Below are positions 1 through 13,086 of a stretch of DNA of 64,000 bases, piece after piece. A program made the translations under genes and the position numbers. The notes beneath the pieces are model-generated. The model ran no database searches, was not told the origin of the DNA, and saw only the letters and a program-made list of their open reading frames with translations. Position 1 is the stretch's first letter. The number at the start of each line of letters is the position of its first letter. This stretch comes from Macrostomum lignano (lineage: Eukaryota): positions 62,001-126,000 of the forward strand of contig NIVC01001629.1 in NCBI GenBank assembly GCA_002269645.1. The letters run 5' to 3'.

Positions 1-2580
1 GCTGACACACTCACAGCACAGCTGACACACTCACAGCATAGCTGACACACTCACAGCACAGCTGACAAACTCACAGCACAGCTGACAAACTCACAGCACA
101 GCTGACACACTCACAGCACAGCTGACACACTCACAGCACAGCTGACACACTCACAGCACAGCTGACACACTCACAGCACAGCTGACAAACTGACAGCATA
201 GCTGACAAACTGACAGCATAGCTGACACACTCACAGCACAGCTGACACACTCACAGCACAGCTGACACACTCACAGCACAGCTGACACACTCACAGCACA
301 GCTGACACACTCACAGCACAGCTGACAAACTCACAGCACAGCTGACAAACTCACAGCACAGCTGACAAACTCACAGCACAGCTGACAAACTGACAGCATA
401 GCTGACACACTCACAGCACAGCTGACAAACTGACAGCATAGCTGACACACTCACAGCACAGCTGACACACTCACAGCACAGCTGACAAACTCACAGCACA
501 GCTGACAAACTCACAGCACAGCTGACACACTCACAGCACAGCTGACACACTCACAGCACAGCTGACACACTCACAGCACAGCTGACAAACTGACAGCATA
601 GCTGACAAACTGACAGCATAGCTGACACACTCACAGCACAGCTGACACACTCACAGCACAGCTGACACACTCACAGCACAGCTGACACACTCACAGCACA
701 GCTGACACACTCACAGCATAGCTGACACACTCACAGCACAGCTGACAAACTGACAGCATAGCTGACAAACTCACAGCACAGCTGACACACTCACAGCACA
801 GCTGACACACTCACAGCACAGCTGACACACTCACAGCACAGCTGACACACTCACAGCACAGCTGACAAACTGACAGCATAGCTGACAAACTGACAGCATA
901 GCTGACACACTCACAGCACAGCTGACAAACTGACAGCATAGCTGACACACTCACAGCACAGCTGACACACTCACAGCACAGCTGACACACTCACAGCACA
1001 GCTGACACACTCACAGCACAGCTGACACACTCACAGCACAGCTGACACACTCACAGCACAGCTGACACACTCACAGCACAGCTGAAAAACTCACAGCACA
1101 GCTGACAAACTGACAGCATAGCTGACACACTCACAGCACAGCTGACAAACTGACAGCATAGCTGACACACTCACAGCACAGCTGACACACTCACAGCATA
1201 GCTGACACACTCACAGCACAGCTGACAAACTCACAGCACAGCTGACAAACTCACAGCACAGCTGACACACTCACAGCACAGCTGACACACTCACAGCACA
1301 GCTGACACACTCACAGCACAGCTGACACACTCACAGCACAGCTGACAAACTGACAGCATAGCTGACAAACTGACAGCATAGCTGACACACTCACAGCACA
1401 GCTGACACACTCACAGCACAGCTGACACACTCACAGCACAGCTGACAAACTCACAGCACAGCTGACACACTCACAGCACAGCTGACACACTCACAGCACA
1501 GCTGACAAACTCACAGCACAGCTGACAAACTGACAGCATAGCTGACACACTCACAGCACAGCTGACAAACTCACAGCACAGCTGACAAACTCACAGCACA
1601 GCTGACAAACTGACAGCATAGCTGACACACTCACAGCACAGCTGACAAACTGACAGCATAGCTGACACACTCACAGCACAGCTGACACACTCACAGCATA
1701 GCTGACACACTCACAGCACAGCTGACAAACTGACAGCATAGCTGACAAACTGACAGCATAGCTGACACACTCACAGCACAGCTGACACACTCACAGCACA
1801 GCTGACACACTCACAGCACAGCTGACACACTCACAGCACAGCTGACACACTCACAGCATAGCTGACACACTCACAGCACAGCTGACAAACTCACAGCACA
1901 GCTGACAAACTCACAGCACAGCTGACAAACTCACAGCACAGCTGACACACTCACAGCACAGCTGACACACTCACAGCACAGCTGACACACTCACAGCACA
2001 GCTGACAAACTGACAGCATAGCTGACAAACTGACAGCATAGCTGACACACTCACAGCACAGCTGACACACTCACAGCACAGCTGACACACTCACAGCACA
2101 GCTGACACACTCACAGCACAGCTGACACACTCACAGCACAGCTGACACACTCACAGCACAGCTGACACACTCACAGCACAGCTGACAAACTCACAGCACA
2201 GCTGACAAACTGACAGCATAGCTGACACACTCACAGCACAGCTGACACACTCACAGCACAGCTGACACACTCACAGCACAGCTGACAAACTCACAGCACA
2301 GCTGACAAACTGACAGCATAGCTGACACACTCACAGCACAGCTGACACACTCACAGCACAGCTGACACACTCACAGCACAGCTGACAAACTCACAGCACA
2401 GCTGACAAACTGACAGCACAGCTGACAAACTGACAGCACAGCTGACAAACTGACAGCACAGCTGACAAACTGACAGCATAGCTGACAGACAAACTGACCG
2501 ACAAAATGACAGAATTGCTGACAGACAAACTGACAGACAAACTGACAGAATAGCTGACAAACCGACAGCACAGCTGACAG
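1..2580. repeat. 20-bp minisatellite (GCTGACACACTCACAGCACA and variants), running off the window start
   Basis: Exact 20-nt periodicity over about 2.45 kb with a few unit variants (ACAC/AAAC, TCAC/TGAC, CACA/CATA); degenerates at 2470-2580. Confidence 0.98.
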
Positions 2581-2601
2581 AGCAGGCCCCTTTACATTCA
2601 G

Positions 2602-3266
2602 TCAGCGCTTGGCAACCCACAGGAAGGTGTCACAGCGAGCCTCGGCATTCTTGGCCGAGCCCTCGGGCCTCGGGCAGACCCAGAAGCGGCGACCGCGGTT
2701 CGGCCCGTCCTTCTTCACCGTGCGCAGCAGACAGGCCTCGCCGTGGCCGCGGCACAGTGGCGGCTTCTCCGGTCCGGTCAGCAGCTGCCGCCACTGATGA
2801 CTGCTGGACGCTGCGGTTGATGAAGCTGATGATGCTGAGACTGAGCCGTTGCTGCCGGATTCCGCGGCGGCCTTCTCAACGCTGCTGTCGGCGGCCGGCG
2901 CTGCGACCTCCGGCGTCGGCGTCGGCTTGGCGAAGAATGAAGACAGGCTGGCCTGGCGCCGCTTCGCTGCCGGCTGCTGCTGCGGCTGCTTTCGCTTCTT
3001 CAGCGAGGCTGGCGGCGGCTCCTGCTTTGCCGGTGGCTTCGGCGCCTGCTGAGCGCCGCGCCATGGCGCCAGAAAGTCGCTGATTCTTCGCTGACGGGCG
3101 GCGAATTCCGGCAGGCGAGCGGCGGCCAACGACGGCAGCGGCTGGTCGGGCGGCGCGGACAGCGGGTAGCCGTCGGACAGGACGGCCAGCACCGGACAGT
3201 GGTCGGAGCCGGACACCTCTGGCTGGATGTCGCAGTCCAGCAGCTGGTCCGCCAGGCTGTGACTGA
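2602..3266 (-). CDS. APEX2: APEX2 exon 6 (SDHCP, PIP-like boxes, Zf-GRF, stop)
   Basis: TTTCCAG acceptor ending at 3267, phase 1 giving ..YVL-V-SHSL; TGA at 2604-2602. Confidence 0.92.
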
Positions 3267-6200
3267 CTGGAAACAAAATTGGATAACAAAGAGTCAAGGA
3301 CCGCTAACGCTAGCAAAGCATCTGGAGGCTCTTCAATGCGAGCGGGCACAATCGACCCAGCATTAGTAGCCACCCGTTTATGAGGCGAGTCCCAGGTGCC
3401 TCCTCAGGACAGTGCTATCTTGAGCTATGGCCTGAAAGCCTCCCAGTCTCTCTCTCTCTCTCTCCTCTCCCGTCTCCCCCTTCGTGTCTCTAACTCTCTC
3501 CTATCGCGTCTCCTCCTCTCCCGTCTCCCTCTCTCTCTCCTCTCGCGTCTCCCCCTCTCCCGTCTCCGTCTCCCCCTCTCCCGTCTCCCTCTCTCCTCTC
3601 CCGTCTCCCTCTCTCCTCTCCCGTCTCCCTCTCTCCTCTCCCGTCTCCCTCTCTCCTCTCCCGTCTCCCTCTCTCCTCTCCCGTCTCCCTCTCTCCTCTC
3701 CCGTCTCCCTCTCTCCTCTCCCGTCTCCCTCTCTCCTCTCCCGTCTCCCTCTCTCCTCTCCCGTCTCCCTCTCTCCTCTCCCGTCTCCCTCTCTCCTATC
3801 CCGTCTCCCTCTCTCCTCTCCCGTCTCCCTCTCTCCTCTCGCGTCCCCCCTCTCTCCTCTCACGTCTCCTCTCTCTCCTCTCCCGTCTCCCCCTCGTGTC
3901 TCTAACTCTCTCTCCTCTCCCGTCTCCCCCTCGTGTCTCTAACTCTCTCTCTCCTCTCCCGTCTCCCTCTATCTCCTCTCCCGTCTCCCCCTCTCTCCTC
4001 TCCCGTCTCCCGTCTCTCCTCTCCCGTATCCCCGTCTCCCCCTCTCTCCTCTCCCGTCTCCCTCTCTCCTCTCACGTCTCCTCCTCGTGTCTCTAACTCT
4101 CTCTCCTCTCCCGTCTCCCTCTATCTCCTCTCCCGTCTCGCCCTCTCCCGTCTCCCTCTCTCCTCTCGCGTCTCCCCCTCTCTCCTCTCCCGTCTCCCCC
4201 CTCTCTTCTCTTCCGTCTCCCTCTCTCCTCTCGCGTCTCCCCCCCTCTCTCCTCTCACGTCTCCTCCTCGTGTCTCTAACTCTCTCTCCTCTCCCATCTC
4301 CCTCTCTCTCCCCTCTCCCCCTCTCGCGTCTCCCCCCTCTCTCCTCTCACGTCTCGCCCTCTCCCGTCTCCCTCTTTCTCCCCTCTACCCCTTTCGCGTT
4401 TCCCTCTCTCTCCTCTCTTCTTCCTTTCCCCCCTCTCGCCCACTCCCATTTTTCCCCTCTACTTCTCTCCTGTCTCCCCTTTCTCCCCTATCTTGTCTCC
4501 CCTCTCGCCCCAAGGAGCAAGCGGCTTTCTTCAACAGCAAGGCTCAGACACTCACCCAGCACGTAGTCAATCCGATTGCCGTAGTTGGTCTGCCGCGCCC
4601 CCGTGCGGCTGCACCAGCAGGTGTACGCGTCCCGCCTGTCCGGGTGCCGCTGACGGAATGCGTCGATAAATCGGCGCTGGTCGGCATCGTCAGCGGAGCC
4701 GGAGTCGGAATTTGAGTCCGAGTTCGAGTCCGACTCGGAGCTGAGCTCGCCTCGGTGAGCAGCGAGTGCGGGGTCCCGCTGCCTGGCAACCAGCAGCCGG
4801 TCCAGCCAGTGCCGCACCGGCTTGGCCAGGAAGGACTGGTGCAGCGCGTCCGAGTAGGAGCCGCGGCCGGCCGGCTGCCATGGAAACGGAGGCGGTGGCC
4901 AATCGTTGCTTTAGCACTGTCTGGCACTACCAGCAAAGGACACTGGTGTTGCTGCCTTAGCAAGTGAACCCAGGAAGCAGAAAAAGTCAAGCGATTAATC
5001 CCACATAGAGGCTTTTTATAGCAAGGAAGGCCAGAGTAATCCGGCTCAGGGTCTGCCTGATCCCTGACTAACGCAGCGGCAATGCGATCCCAAGCCAGAA
5101 AATCAATCAGTTATCAAAAATCGATGCACTGGCCGTCTCTGTCTGTGCATGAATTCGATAGTTGTAAAAACTTTTTTACGCAGCTGATTACTGCTCTGTA
5201 AAGCTTTAAAGCTTTTTATTGCCTTGGTAATTTTTTAGCTTCTCAACGCAAACAGGAAATGAGGACTACGGCTGAACCTGCGCCTTATTTCACATTATGA
5301 TATCCTGCTGATAGGGTAGCCTCACCCTGCTGATAGGGTAGCCTCACCCTGCTGATAGGGTAGCCTCACCCTGCTGATAGGGTAGCCTCACCCTGCTGAT
5401 AGGGTAGCCTCACCCTGCTGATAGGGTGGCCTCACCCTGCTGATAGGGTAGCCTCACCCTGCTGATAGGGTAGCCTCACCCTGATGATAGGGTAGCCCCA
5501 CCCTGCTGATAGGGTAGCCTCACCCTGCTGATAGGGTAGCCTCACCCTGATGATAGGGTAGCCCCACCCTGCTGATAGGGTAGCCTCAGCCTGCTGATAG
5601 GGTAGCCTCACCCTGATGATAGGGTAGCCTCACCCTGATGATAGGGTAGCCTCACCCTGCTGATAGGGTGGCCTCAGCCTACTGATAGGGTAGCCTCAGA
5701 AATGCGTACTGAGTGCTAGTGGGTGTCAGGTGTTTTATCTTGGCTTTGGACCAGCGATCCCGCTTAGTAGTCTCAGGAGTTGCGCTCTCATTCTCTCCTC
5801 GATAAAGCATATGTTACAGCATGTTACACCATTGTGCAGGAGCGCTTTTCTGTTCTGACAGACACCAGTGGAGACGCTTAAAAGTCGGTTTATTAGTCTC
5901 CAACTCCCCGCTGCCCCAGACAGGGAAGTGCGACAGGGAAGTGCAACTGGTTCTCGATTGACCTCCAGACAGAAAGAGTCAGGGGGTCTCCGACTCTTAA
6001 GGAAAAACCGGAGACCTAAATTCCATAAAGTCGATGCACTTTTATATGCTCCGAACTTAATTTTAACCAAACTTAGTTTAATTTCCTGTGCTCTGCGCTA
6101 TCAAGACATTCTTTATCAGTTTAACTCCCTGTGCTCTGCGCTATCAAGACATTTTTTATCAGTTTAACTCCCTGTGCTCTGCGCTATCAAGACATTTTTT

Positions 6201-9200
6201 ATCAGTTTAACTCCGTGTGCTCTGCGCTATCAAGACATTCTTTATCAGTTTAACTCCGTGTGCTCTGCGCTATCAAGACATGCTTTATCAGTTTAATTAC
6301 CCTGTGCTCTGCGCTATCAAGACATTCTTTATCAGTTTAATTCCCCAAAAATCATCTATATTTTTCTGCACTTTTAGAAGCCGCGTGTAAAAAAGCGATG
6401 ACAATTTGGCAAATTGGATTGCTCAGCATCCGCTTCCCTCCATACTCTTTGCTGATCCCCGCAGGCTGCCCTCATCTGCGCGGAGCTTCATACAGTGTAG
6501 ATTTTTGCTCAGCTCAGCCTGAGTAGCCAGCCGCCCGCTGAGCAGGGCTGATAGGGGGCTTGGCAAGAGAGCAACAGCAGAAGCAGCAACTACCCGACCG
6601 CCTACGCCAAATTGAAACTGGATAGATTGCTAAGCTTCATTTCATCCTTTCATCAGTTTTCATCCCGATTTTCATGTCCCAACACAGAGACTGAGCACTC
6701 TGCATCATCTATGAGTGAATATATTACAAGTTTTAAAACTATCGGCGAGTTTTAATTTCTTTAAGATAATGAAAATTTAACAGCTTGGACAAACAGGAAC
6801 AGAGGCAGTTTAGACAATAAATACACAAGAGCTCTGGGCACTTAGTTTGTTAGAATTCATCTGTCCGTAGCCTGATACAGCAGCCCTTAGATGAGGGAGC
6901 ATTGCAGCCTTTGAGATGCAAATTTAATATAAATATAATATTCAATTATTTATTTATTACAAATTGACAATTTCGTACACGGGCATCCAAATTGACGCAC
7001 TGGAACTGGCGCTCCCCTCAGCACTGGAATTGGCGCTTCCCCATCACTGGAATTGGCGCTTCCCCCACCACTGGAATTGGCGCTTCCCCCATCACTGGAA
7101 TTGGCGCTCCCCCCACCACTGGAATTGGCGCTTCCCCCATCACTGGAATTGGCGTTTCCCCTACCACTGGAATTGGCGCTCCCCTCAGCACTGGAATTGG
7201 CGCTTCCCCCACCACTGGAATTGGCGTTTCCCCCAGCACTGGAATTGGCGTTTCCCCCAGCACTGGAATTGGCACTCCCCCAGCACTGGAATTGGCGCTT
7301 CCCCCATCACTGGAATTGGCGCTTCCCCCAGCACTGGAATTGGCGTTTCCCCCAGCACTGGAATTGGCGTTTCCCCCAGCACTGGAATTGGCACTCCCCC
7401 AGCACTGGAATTGGCGCTTCCCCCATCACTGGAATTGGCGCTTCCCCCAGCACTGGAATTGGCACTCCCCCAGCACTGGAATTGGCGTTTCCCCCATCAC
7501 TGGAATTGGCGCTCCCCCCACCACTGGAATTGGCGCTTCCCCCATCACTGGAATTGGCGTTTCCCCTACCACTGGAATTGGCGCTCCCCTCAGCACTGGA
7601 ATTGGCGCTTCCCCCACCACTGGAATTGGCGTTTCCCCCAGCACTGGAATTGGCGCTTCCCCCACCACTGGAATTGGCGTTTCCCCCAGCACTGGAATTG
7701 GCGTTTCCCCCAGCACTGGAATTGGCACTCCCCCAGCACTGGAATTGGCGCTTCCCCCAGCACTGGAATTGGCACTCCCCCAGCACTGGAATTGGCGCTT
7801 CCCCCAGCACTGGAATTGGCACTCCCCCACCACTGGAATTGGCGCTCCCCCCAACACTAGAATTGGCACTCCTCCAGCACTGGAATTGGCGTTCCCCCCA
7901 GCACTGGAATTGGTGCCTCCCAGCTCTCCAACAGAGCATATTTGCTTAAGCAACTGTGTCTCAATAAGCACCTACAAATACATTATAACAGAAGTTGTCT
8001 CATTGACAGCCCAGTCCGACATTTAGGCAGTGTCGGTACCAGCTCGCACCGCCCTGTCTTTACGAAACGCAGACTCAACGGTTGTAAAATGATTTGGGCC
8101 AGACAGTGGGAGATCCCGCAGTCCGCAGAGACCCCAGCAGTGGGGAGAAGAGGGCAGGACGGCAGTTAGTCGCCATTGAATGAAAAGAAGCGGATTAAAA
8201 TTATTCTGCTAGCAAAAATTCCAGCCGCACCCGTGGCAAACTGCGACTGCACTCGGGCTGACAGGTCCTGCCATGAGGGGGCTGGGCTGGGCTGGTCAGC
8301 AGGCAAACGCGGGGTTGGGGGCACGTAACAAGGGGGAGAGGGGGGGTTAAGAAACAAGCGGGACGGTTTCTGGAGGCTCAACAAGCTGCTGGCATTTTGT
8401 GGTGCAGAAATTTTATGACGGGACAAAAAATGACTACAGTGTGGAGATAAGCTGCAAGTTAAGTGGTCTGATATTCAGCTGGGTACTGCCTGATAAATAG
8501 ATGGGCATGTAATACAGTACATGAGTGCCTTATCTAACAGCTAAGCGCTATATCTAATAGCTAAGCGTCATATCTAACAGCTAAGCGCTATATCTAATAG
8601 CTAAGCGCCAAACCTAACAGCTAAGCGCCGAACCTAACAGCTAAGCGCCAAACCTAACAGCTAAGCGCCAAATCTAACAGCTAAGCACCAAATCTAACAG
8701 CTAAGCGTCAAATCTAACAGCTAAGCACCAAATCTAACAGCTAAGCGCCAAATCTAACAGCTAAGCACCAAATCTAACAGCTAAGCGCCAAATCTAACAG
8801 CTAAGCACCAAATCTAACAGCTAAGCGCCAAATCTAACAGCTAAGCACCAACTCTAACAGCTAAGCACCAAATCTAACAGCTAAGCACCAAATCTAACAG
8901 CTAAGCACCAAATCTAACAGCTAAGCGCCAAATCTAACAGCTAAGCACCAACTCTAACAGCTAAGCACCAAATCTAACAGCTAAGCACCAAATCTAACAG
9001 CTAAGCACCAACTCTAACAGCTAAGCACCAACTCTAACAGCTAAGCGCCAAATCTAACAGCTAAGCGCCAAATCTAACAGCTAAGCACCAAATCTAACAG
9101 CTAAGCGCCAAATCTAACAGCTAAGCACCCAATATAACAGCTAAACACCAAATCTAACAGCTAAGCGCCAAATCTAACAGCTAAGCGCCAAATCTAACAG

Positions 9201-12200
9201 CTAAGCACCAAATCTAACAGCTAAGCGCCAAATCTAACAGCTAAGCGCCAAATCTAACAGCTAAGCACCAAATCTAACAGCTAAGCGCCAAATCTAACAG
9301 CTAAGCACCAAATCTAGCAGATTTGTTGAATTTTGCAATCCGCTAAAAGACGAGAACAAAAATAATAACTATAACAGCCAATAATTAGCTCTGAAACTGC
9401 TACTCACACCGGCAAAGTGCACCTGCACTCACAAGGCACTGAAGCCGGGTTGAACAGACACACAGATGAGGGATGGGAGGGGCGGAAATGCCATGGCCGG
9501 GGCGGATGGGCGGATCGGATATCCTTTGGAGCAGCCACTAAAGCGGAGCAAATCAAGGGCAATTTTAGGCAGGTGCTCAGGTGCGCGCGCTCGCTTATCT
9601 CTTATCTCTCTAATGACTGCCTGTCCTGCCCTCAAAAGGGGGGGGGGCAAGAACGAGAGCTCTCAGTTGAATTAGAGATAATTCTCGCGGGCACGCGGCC
9701 TTGACAACAACCCAAAACCTCACCTCGCCATCGCCGCCGCTGATCGGCAGAGCCTCGGCCGTCTCGCAGTGATCGATGAGGCGGTGCGACACGTTCAGGT
9801 CGCCGGCGATGATCACGTGCCTGCGAGTGGGAGTCGGTTGGTCCCGCATAAATTATGATAATTAGTTGACGAAGAGGGGACAGTTTAAAGATGGAAGGTT
9901 AAAAAACTTCAGGGCTGAGGAATGACCAGGCTCGACACTTCAGGCCTCAGGGATGGCCAGACTCGACACTTCAGGCCTCAGGGATGGCCAGACTCGACAC
10001 TTCAGGCCTCAGGGATGGTCAGACTCGACACTTCAGGCCTCAGGGATGGTCAGACTCGACACTTCAGGCCTCAGGGATGGTCAGACTCGACACTTCAGGC
10101 CTCAGGGATGGCCAGACTCGACACTTCAGGCCTCAGGGATGGTCAGACTCGACACTTCAGGCCTCAGGGATGGTCAGACTCGACACTTCAGGCCTAAGGG
10201 ATGGTCAGACTCGACACTTCAGGCCTCAGGGATGGTCAGACTCGACACTTCAGGCCTCAGGGATGGCCAGACTCGACACTTCAGGCCTCAGGGATGGCCA
10301 GACTCGACACTTCAGGCCTCAGGGATGGCCAGACTCGACACTTCAGGCCTCAGGGATGGTCAGACTCGACACTTCAGGCCTCAGGAATGGTTAGACTCAA
10401 AACTTCAGGCCTCAGGGATGGCCAGACTCAAAACTTCAGGCCTCAGGGATAGACCAACAAAAAACCTTAGGCCTCAGGGATGGTCAGACTCGACACTTCA
10501 AGCCTCAGGGATGGTAAAAATGGACACTTCAGGGCTCAGGGATGGCCAGACTCGAAACTTCAGGCCTCAGGGATGGCCAGACTCTTGAAATGGCAAGACT
10601 TCAGGAATCGGAGATAAGTACTCAATACCTCAGGACTCAAATAGAGCACTAACAAATACGGGGCTTTGAGACTGCATGGCTCAAAGGACGCAGACGCAAA
10701 AGACCCGGAGAAAATGACAGCACCACAGTTAGTCAGGGCCGCTCACTTGCCACTCCTGATCAGGCAGTCCGCCCTCAGCCGCAGCAGCCGGTGGTAGCGC
10801 ATTTTGAACTGCATTCGAGCCTCGTTGGACGGGTCGGCATTCGGGCAGTAGACGGTAATGAGCACCAGGCCGCGGCCGTCGCTGCTTTGTTGCAGGCGTA
10901 GAAATTGAGTGAGTGAGGATCTGGGAGGCTGGCCCAGCAACTGAGGATCTGGGAGGCTGGCCCAGCAACTGAGGATCTGGGAGGCTGGCCCAGCAACTGA
11001 GGATCTGGGAGGCTGGCCCAGCAACTGAGGATCTGGGAGGCTGGCCCAGCAACTGAGGATCTGGGAGGCTGGCCCAGCAACTGAGGATCTGGGAGGCTGG
11101 CCCAGCAACTGAGGATCTGGGAGGCTGGCCCAGAGACTGAGGATCTGGGAGGCTGGCCCAGCAACTGAGGATCTGGGAGGCTGGCCCAGCAACTGAGGAT
11201 CTGGGAGGCTGGCCCAGAGACTGAGGATCTGGGAGGCTGGCCCAGCAACTGAGGATCTGGGAGGCTGGCCCAGCAACTAAGGATCTGGGAGGCTGGCCCA
11301 GAGACTGAGGATCTGGGAGGCTGGCCCAGTAACTGAGGATCTGGGAGGCTGGCCCAGCAACTGAGGATCTGGGAGGCTGGCCCAGCAACTGAGGATCTGG
11401 GAGGCTGGCCCAGCAACTAAGGATCTGGGAGGCTGGCCCAGAGACTGAGGATCTGGGAGGCTGGCCCAGTAACTGAGGATCTGGGAGGCTGGCCCAGAGA
11501 CTGAGGATCTGGGAGGCTGGCCCAGAGACTGAGGATCTGGGAGGCTGGCCCAGAGACTGAGGATCTGGGAGGCTGGCCCAGCAACTGAGGATCTGGGAGG
11601 CTGGCCCAGAGACTGAGGATCTGGGAGGCTGGCCCAGAGACTGAGGATCTGGGAGGCTGGCCCAGAGACTGAGGATCTGGGAGGCTGGCCCAGCAACTGA
11701 GGATCTGGGAGGCTGGCCCAGCAACTGAGGATCTGGGAGGCTGGCCCAGTAACTGAGAATCTGGGAGGCTGGCCCAGAGACTGAGGATCTGGGAGGCTGG
11801 TCCAGTAACTGAGGATCTGGGAGGCTGGCCCAGAGACTGAGGATCTGGGAGGCTGGCCCAGAGACTGAGGATCTGGGAGGCTGGCCCAGCAACTGAGGAT
11901 CTGGGAGGCTGGCCCAGCAACTGAGGATCTGGGAGGCTGGCCCAGAAACTGAGGATCTGGGAGGCTGGCCCAGCAACTGAGGATCTGGGAGGCTGGCCCA
12001 GAGACTGAGGATCTGGGAGGCTGGCCCAGCAACTGAGCATCTGGGAGGCTGGCCCAGAGACTGAGGATCTGGGAGGCTGGCCCAGCAACTGAGGATCTGG
12101 GAGGCTGGCCCAGCAACTAAGGATCTGGGAGGCTGGTCCAGTAACTGAGGATCTGGGAGGCTGGCCCAGAGACTGAGGATCTGGGAGGCTGGCCCAGAGA

Positions 12201-13086
12201 CTGAGGATCTGGGAGGCTGGTCCAGTAACTGAGGATCTGGGAGGCTGGCCCAGAGACTGAGGATCTGGGAGGCTGGCCCAGAGACTGAGGATCTGGGAGG
12301 CTGGCCCAGAGACTGAGGATCTGGGAGGCTGGCCCAGCAACTGAGGATCTGGGGTGAGGCCATCAAGCAAACGCGCCAACACAGACCTGGTGGGAAATTC
12401 GATCAGCAGGCAGCGGCCTTCGCTGTCCAAGGCCACCCGGGCCGCCGGGTCATCGTCGCAGCCGACGGCAGCGGACAGGCCGGGCCCATCAGGCCAGGAG
12501 CCCACGGAGTCGTCGGGTCCGCCGGCACCCAGCAGGGAGTCGCCGGCGCGCAGTGGGCGCAGCCGGTCGGAGCAGTAGACGGCTACACCGGAGTAGCCGC
12601 CGCGGACTCGGCAGAAGGCGAAGAACGCGTTGAATCCGTCGACATGGACGAGGCTGCTGTCCAGTTGGTCGCCTGCGGCGGACAATCTTTACATAGTGAG
12701 TCTCTGAGCAGCCTCTAAAGCAATACAAATTAAAATGCCACGCTCTGGCTGGCCCAAATGAAAGCAAGCACCGACGTCAGGCCGGCAGCGACCCCAGCTA
12801 TAAATAAGCTTATCCAATCCCATTGTCCAATGAAAGCGCGGACCCAGACAGCACTGCGGTCACCCTCGGGTTGAACTCGGGCTGCACCAGCGACTCACCC
12901 CCCCCCCCTTCAACTGCCGCACCCACGCAGCTGGGGCAGAAAAACAAAACAGAGCAGAGGCTCACGCGTCACTTTGGTCTCCTGCAGGCAGACAATATCG
13001 GCGCCCAATGAGGGCAGCACTTCGGCAAAGGGCCGCGGCAGAGACCTGATGCCATTAATGTTCCACGTTAGCAGGTGGACTGGCAT
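2602..13086 (-). CDS. APEX2: DNA-(apurinic/apyrimidinic site) endonuclease 2, six exons, about 540 aa
   Basis: Exons 13086-12966, 12672-12387, 10881-10747, 9820-9724, 4874-4556 and 3266-2602 join through GT..AG introns with matching phases to give 1623 nt (541 codons). ExoIII/APE motifs are in order: [42 protein letters not shown]. The C-terminal Zf-GRF ([16 protein letters not shown]) and PIP-box-like QASLSSFF are APE2 hallmarks. An in-frame upstream ATG at 13158 is an alternative start. Confidence 0.93.
3445..4507. repeat. CT-rich minisatellite (20-bp core CCGTCTCCCTCTCTCCTCTC) in APEX2 intron 5
   Basis: Perfect 20-nt period at about 3590-3830, degenerate polypyrimidine flanks. Confidence 0.95.
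4556..4874 (-). CDS. APEX2: APEX2 exon 5 ([29 protein letters not shown])
   Basis: CAG acceptor 4877-4875 (phase 0), GTGAG donor 4555-4551; contains a Ser/Asp-rich insert [16 protein letters not shown]. Confidence 0.88.
5303..5698. repeat. 22-bp minisatellite (CCCTGCTGATAGGGTAGCCTCA), about 18 copies, APEX2 intron 4
   Basis: Direct inspection; each unit contains a CCCT-N6-AGGG mini-hairpin. Confidence 0.95.
6084..6341. repeat. About 43-bp minisatellite (CCCTGTGCTCTGCGCTATCAAGACATTCTTTATCAGTTTAACT), 6 copies
   Basis: Direct inspection. Confidence 0.93.
6998..7915. repeat. 23/24-bp minisatellite (CACTGGAATTGGCGCTTCCCCCAG)
   Basis: Direct inspection; accounts for the spurious ORFs at 6964-8026. 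Confidence 0.96.
8531..9317. repeat. 20-bp minisatellite (CTAAGCGCCAAATCTAACAG)
   Basis: Exact 20-nt periodicity. Confidence 0.97.
9724..9820 (-). CDS. APEX2: APEX2 exon 4 ([18 protein letters not shown])
   Basis: CAG acceptor 9823-9821, GTGAG donor 9723-9719; catalytic GDLN motif. Confidence 0.9.
9929..10584. repeat. 31-bp minisatellite (CAGACTCGACACTTCAGGCCTCAGGGATGGC) filling APEX2 intron 3
   Basis: 31-nt period; repeat ORFs start at 9922, 9953 and 9984. Confidence 0.96.
10747..10881 (-). CDS. APEX2: APEX2 exon 3 ([21 protein letters not shown])
   Basis: CAG acceptor 10884-10882 (tandem AAGCAG, so a 3-nt alternative acceptor is possible), GTGAG donor 10746-10742; VYCP motif. Confidence 0.9.
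10914..12352. repeat. 28-bp minisatellite (TGAGGATCTGGGAGGCTGGCCCAGCAAC), about 51 copies, filling APEX2 intron 2
   Basis: 28-nt period; the array stops about 33 nt from each splice site. Confidence 0.97.
12387..12672 (-). CDS. APEX2: APEX2 exon 2 ([27 protein letters not shown])
   Basis: CAG acceptor 12675-12673, GTCTGT donor 12386-12381; GYSGV and DSEGR motifs. Confidence 0.9.
12966..13086 (-). CDS. APEX2: APEX2 exon 1 ([15 protein letters not shown]...CLQETKVT)
   Basis: TWNING and QETK motifs; GTGAG donor at 12965-12961, phase 1. Confidence 0.9.

Noticed and set aside
1-2580. Window-terminal array as a telomere
   Set aside because: No TTAGGG-type repeat; it is a 20-bp minisatellite abutting a gene.
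6964-8026. HWNWRFP / TGIGASP repeat ORFs
   Set aside because: Translations of an intronic 23/24-bp minisatellite.
10729-12366. Long 28-aa-repeat ORFs reading through APEX2 intron 2
   Set aside because: A 28-nt unit without stops opens all frames; canonical splicing around the array gives a correct APE2 protein.
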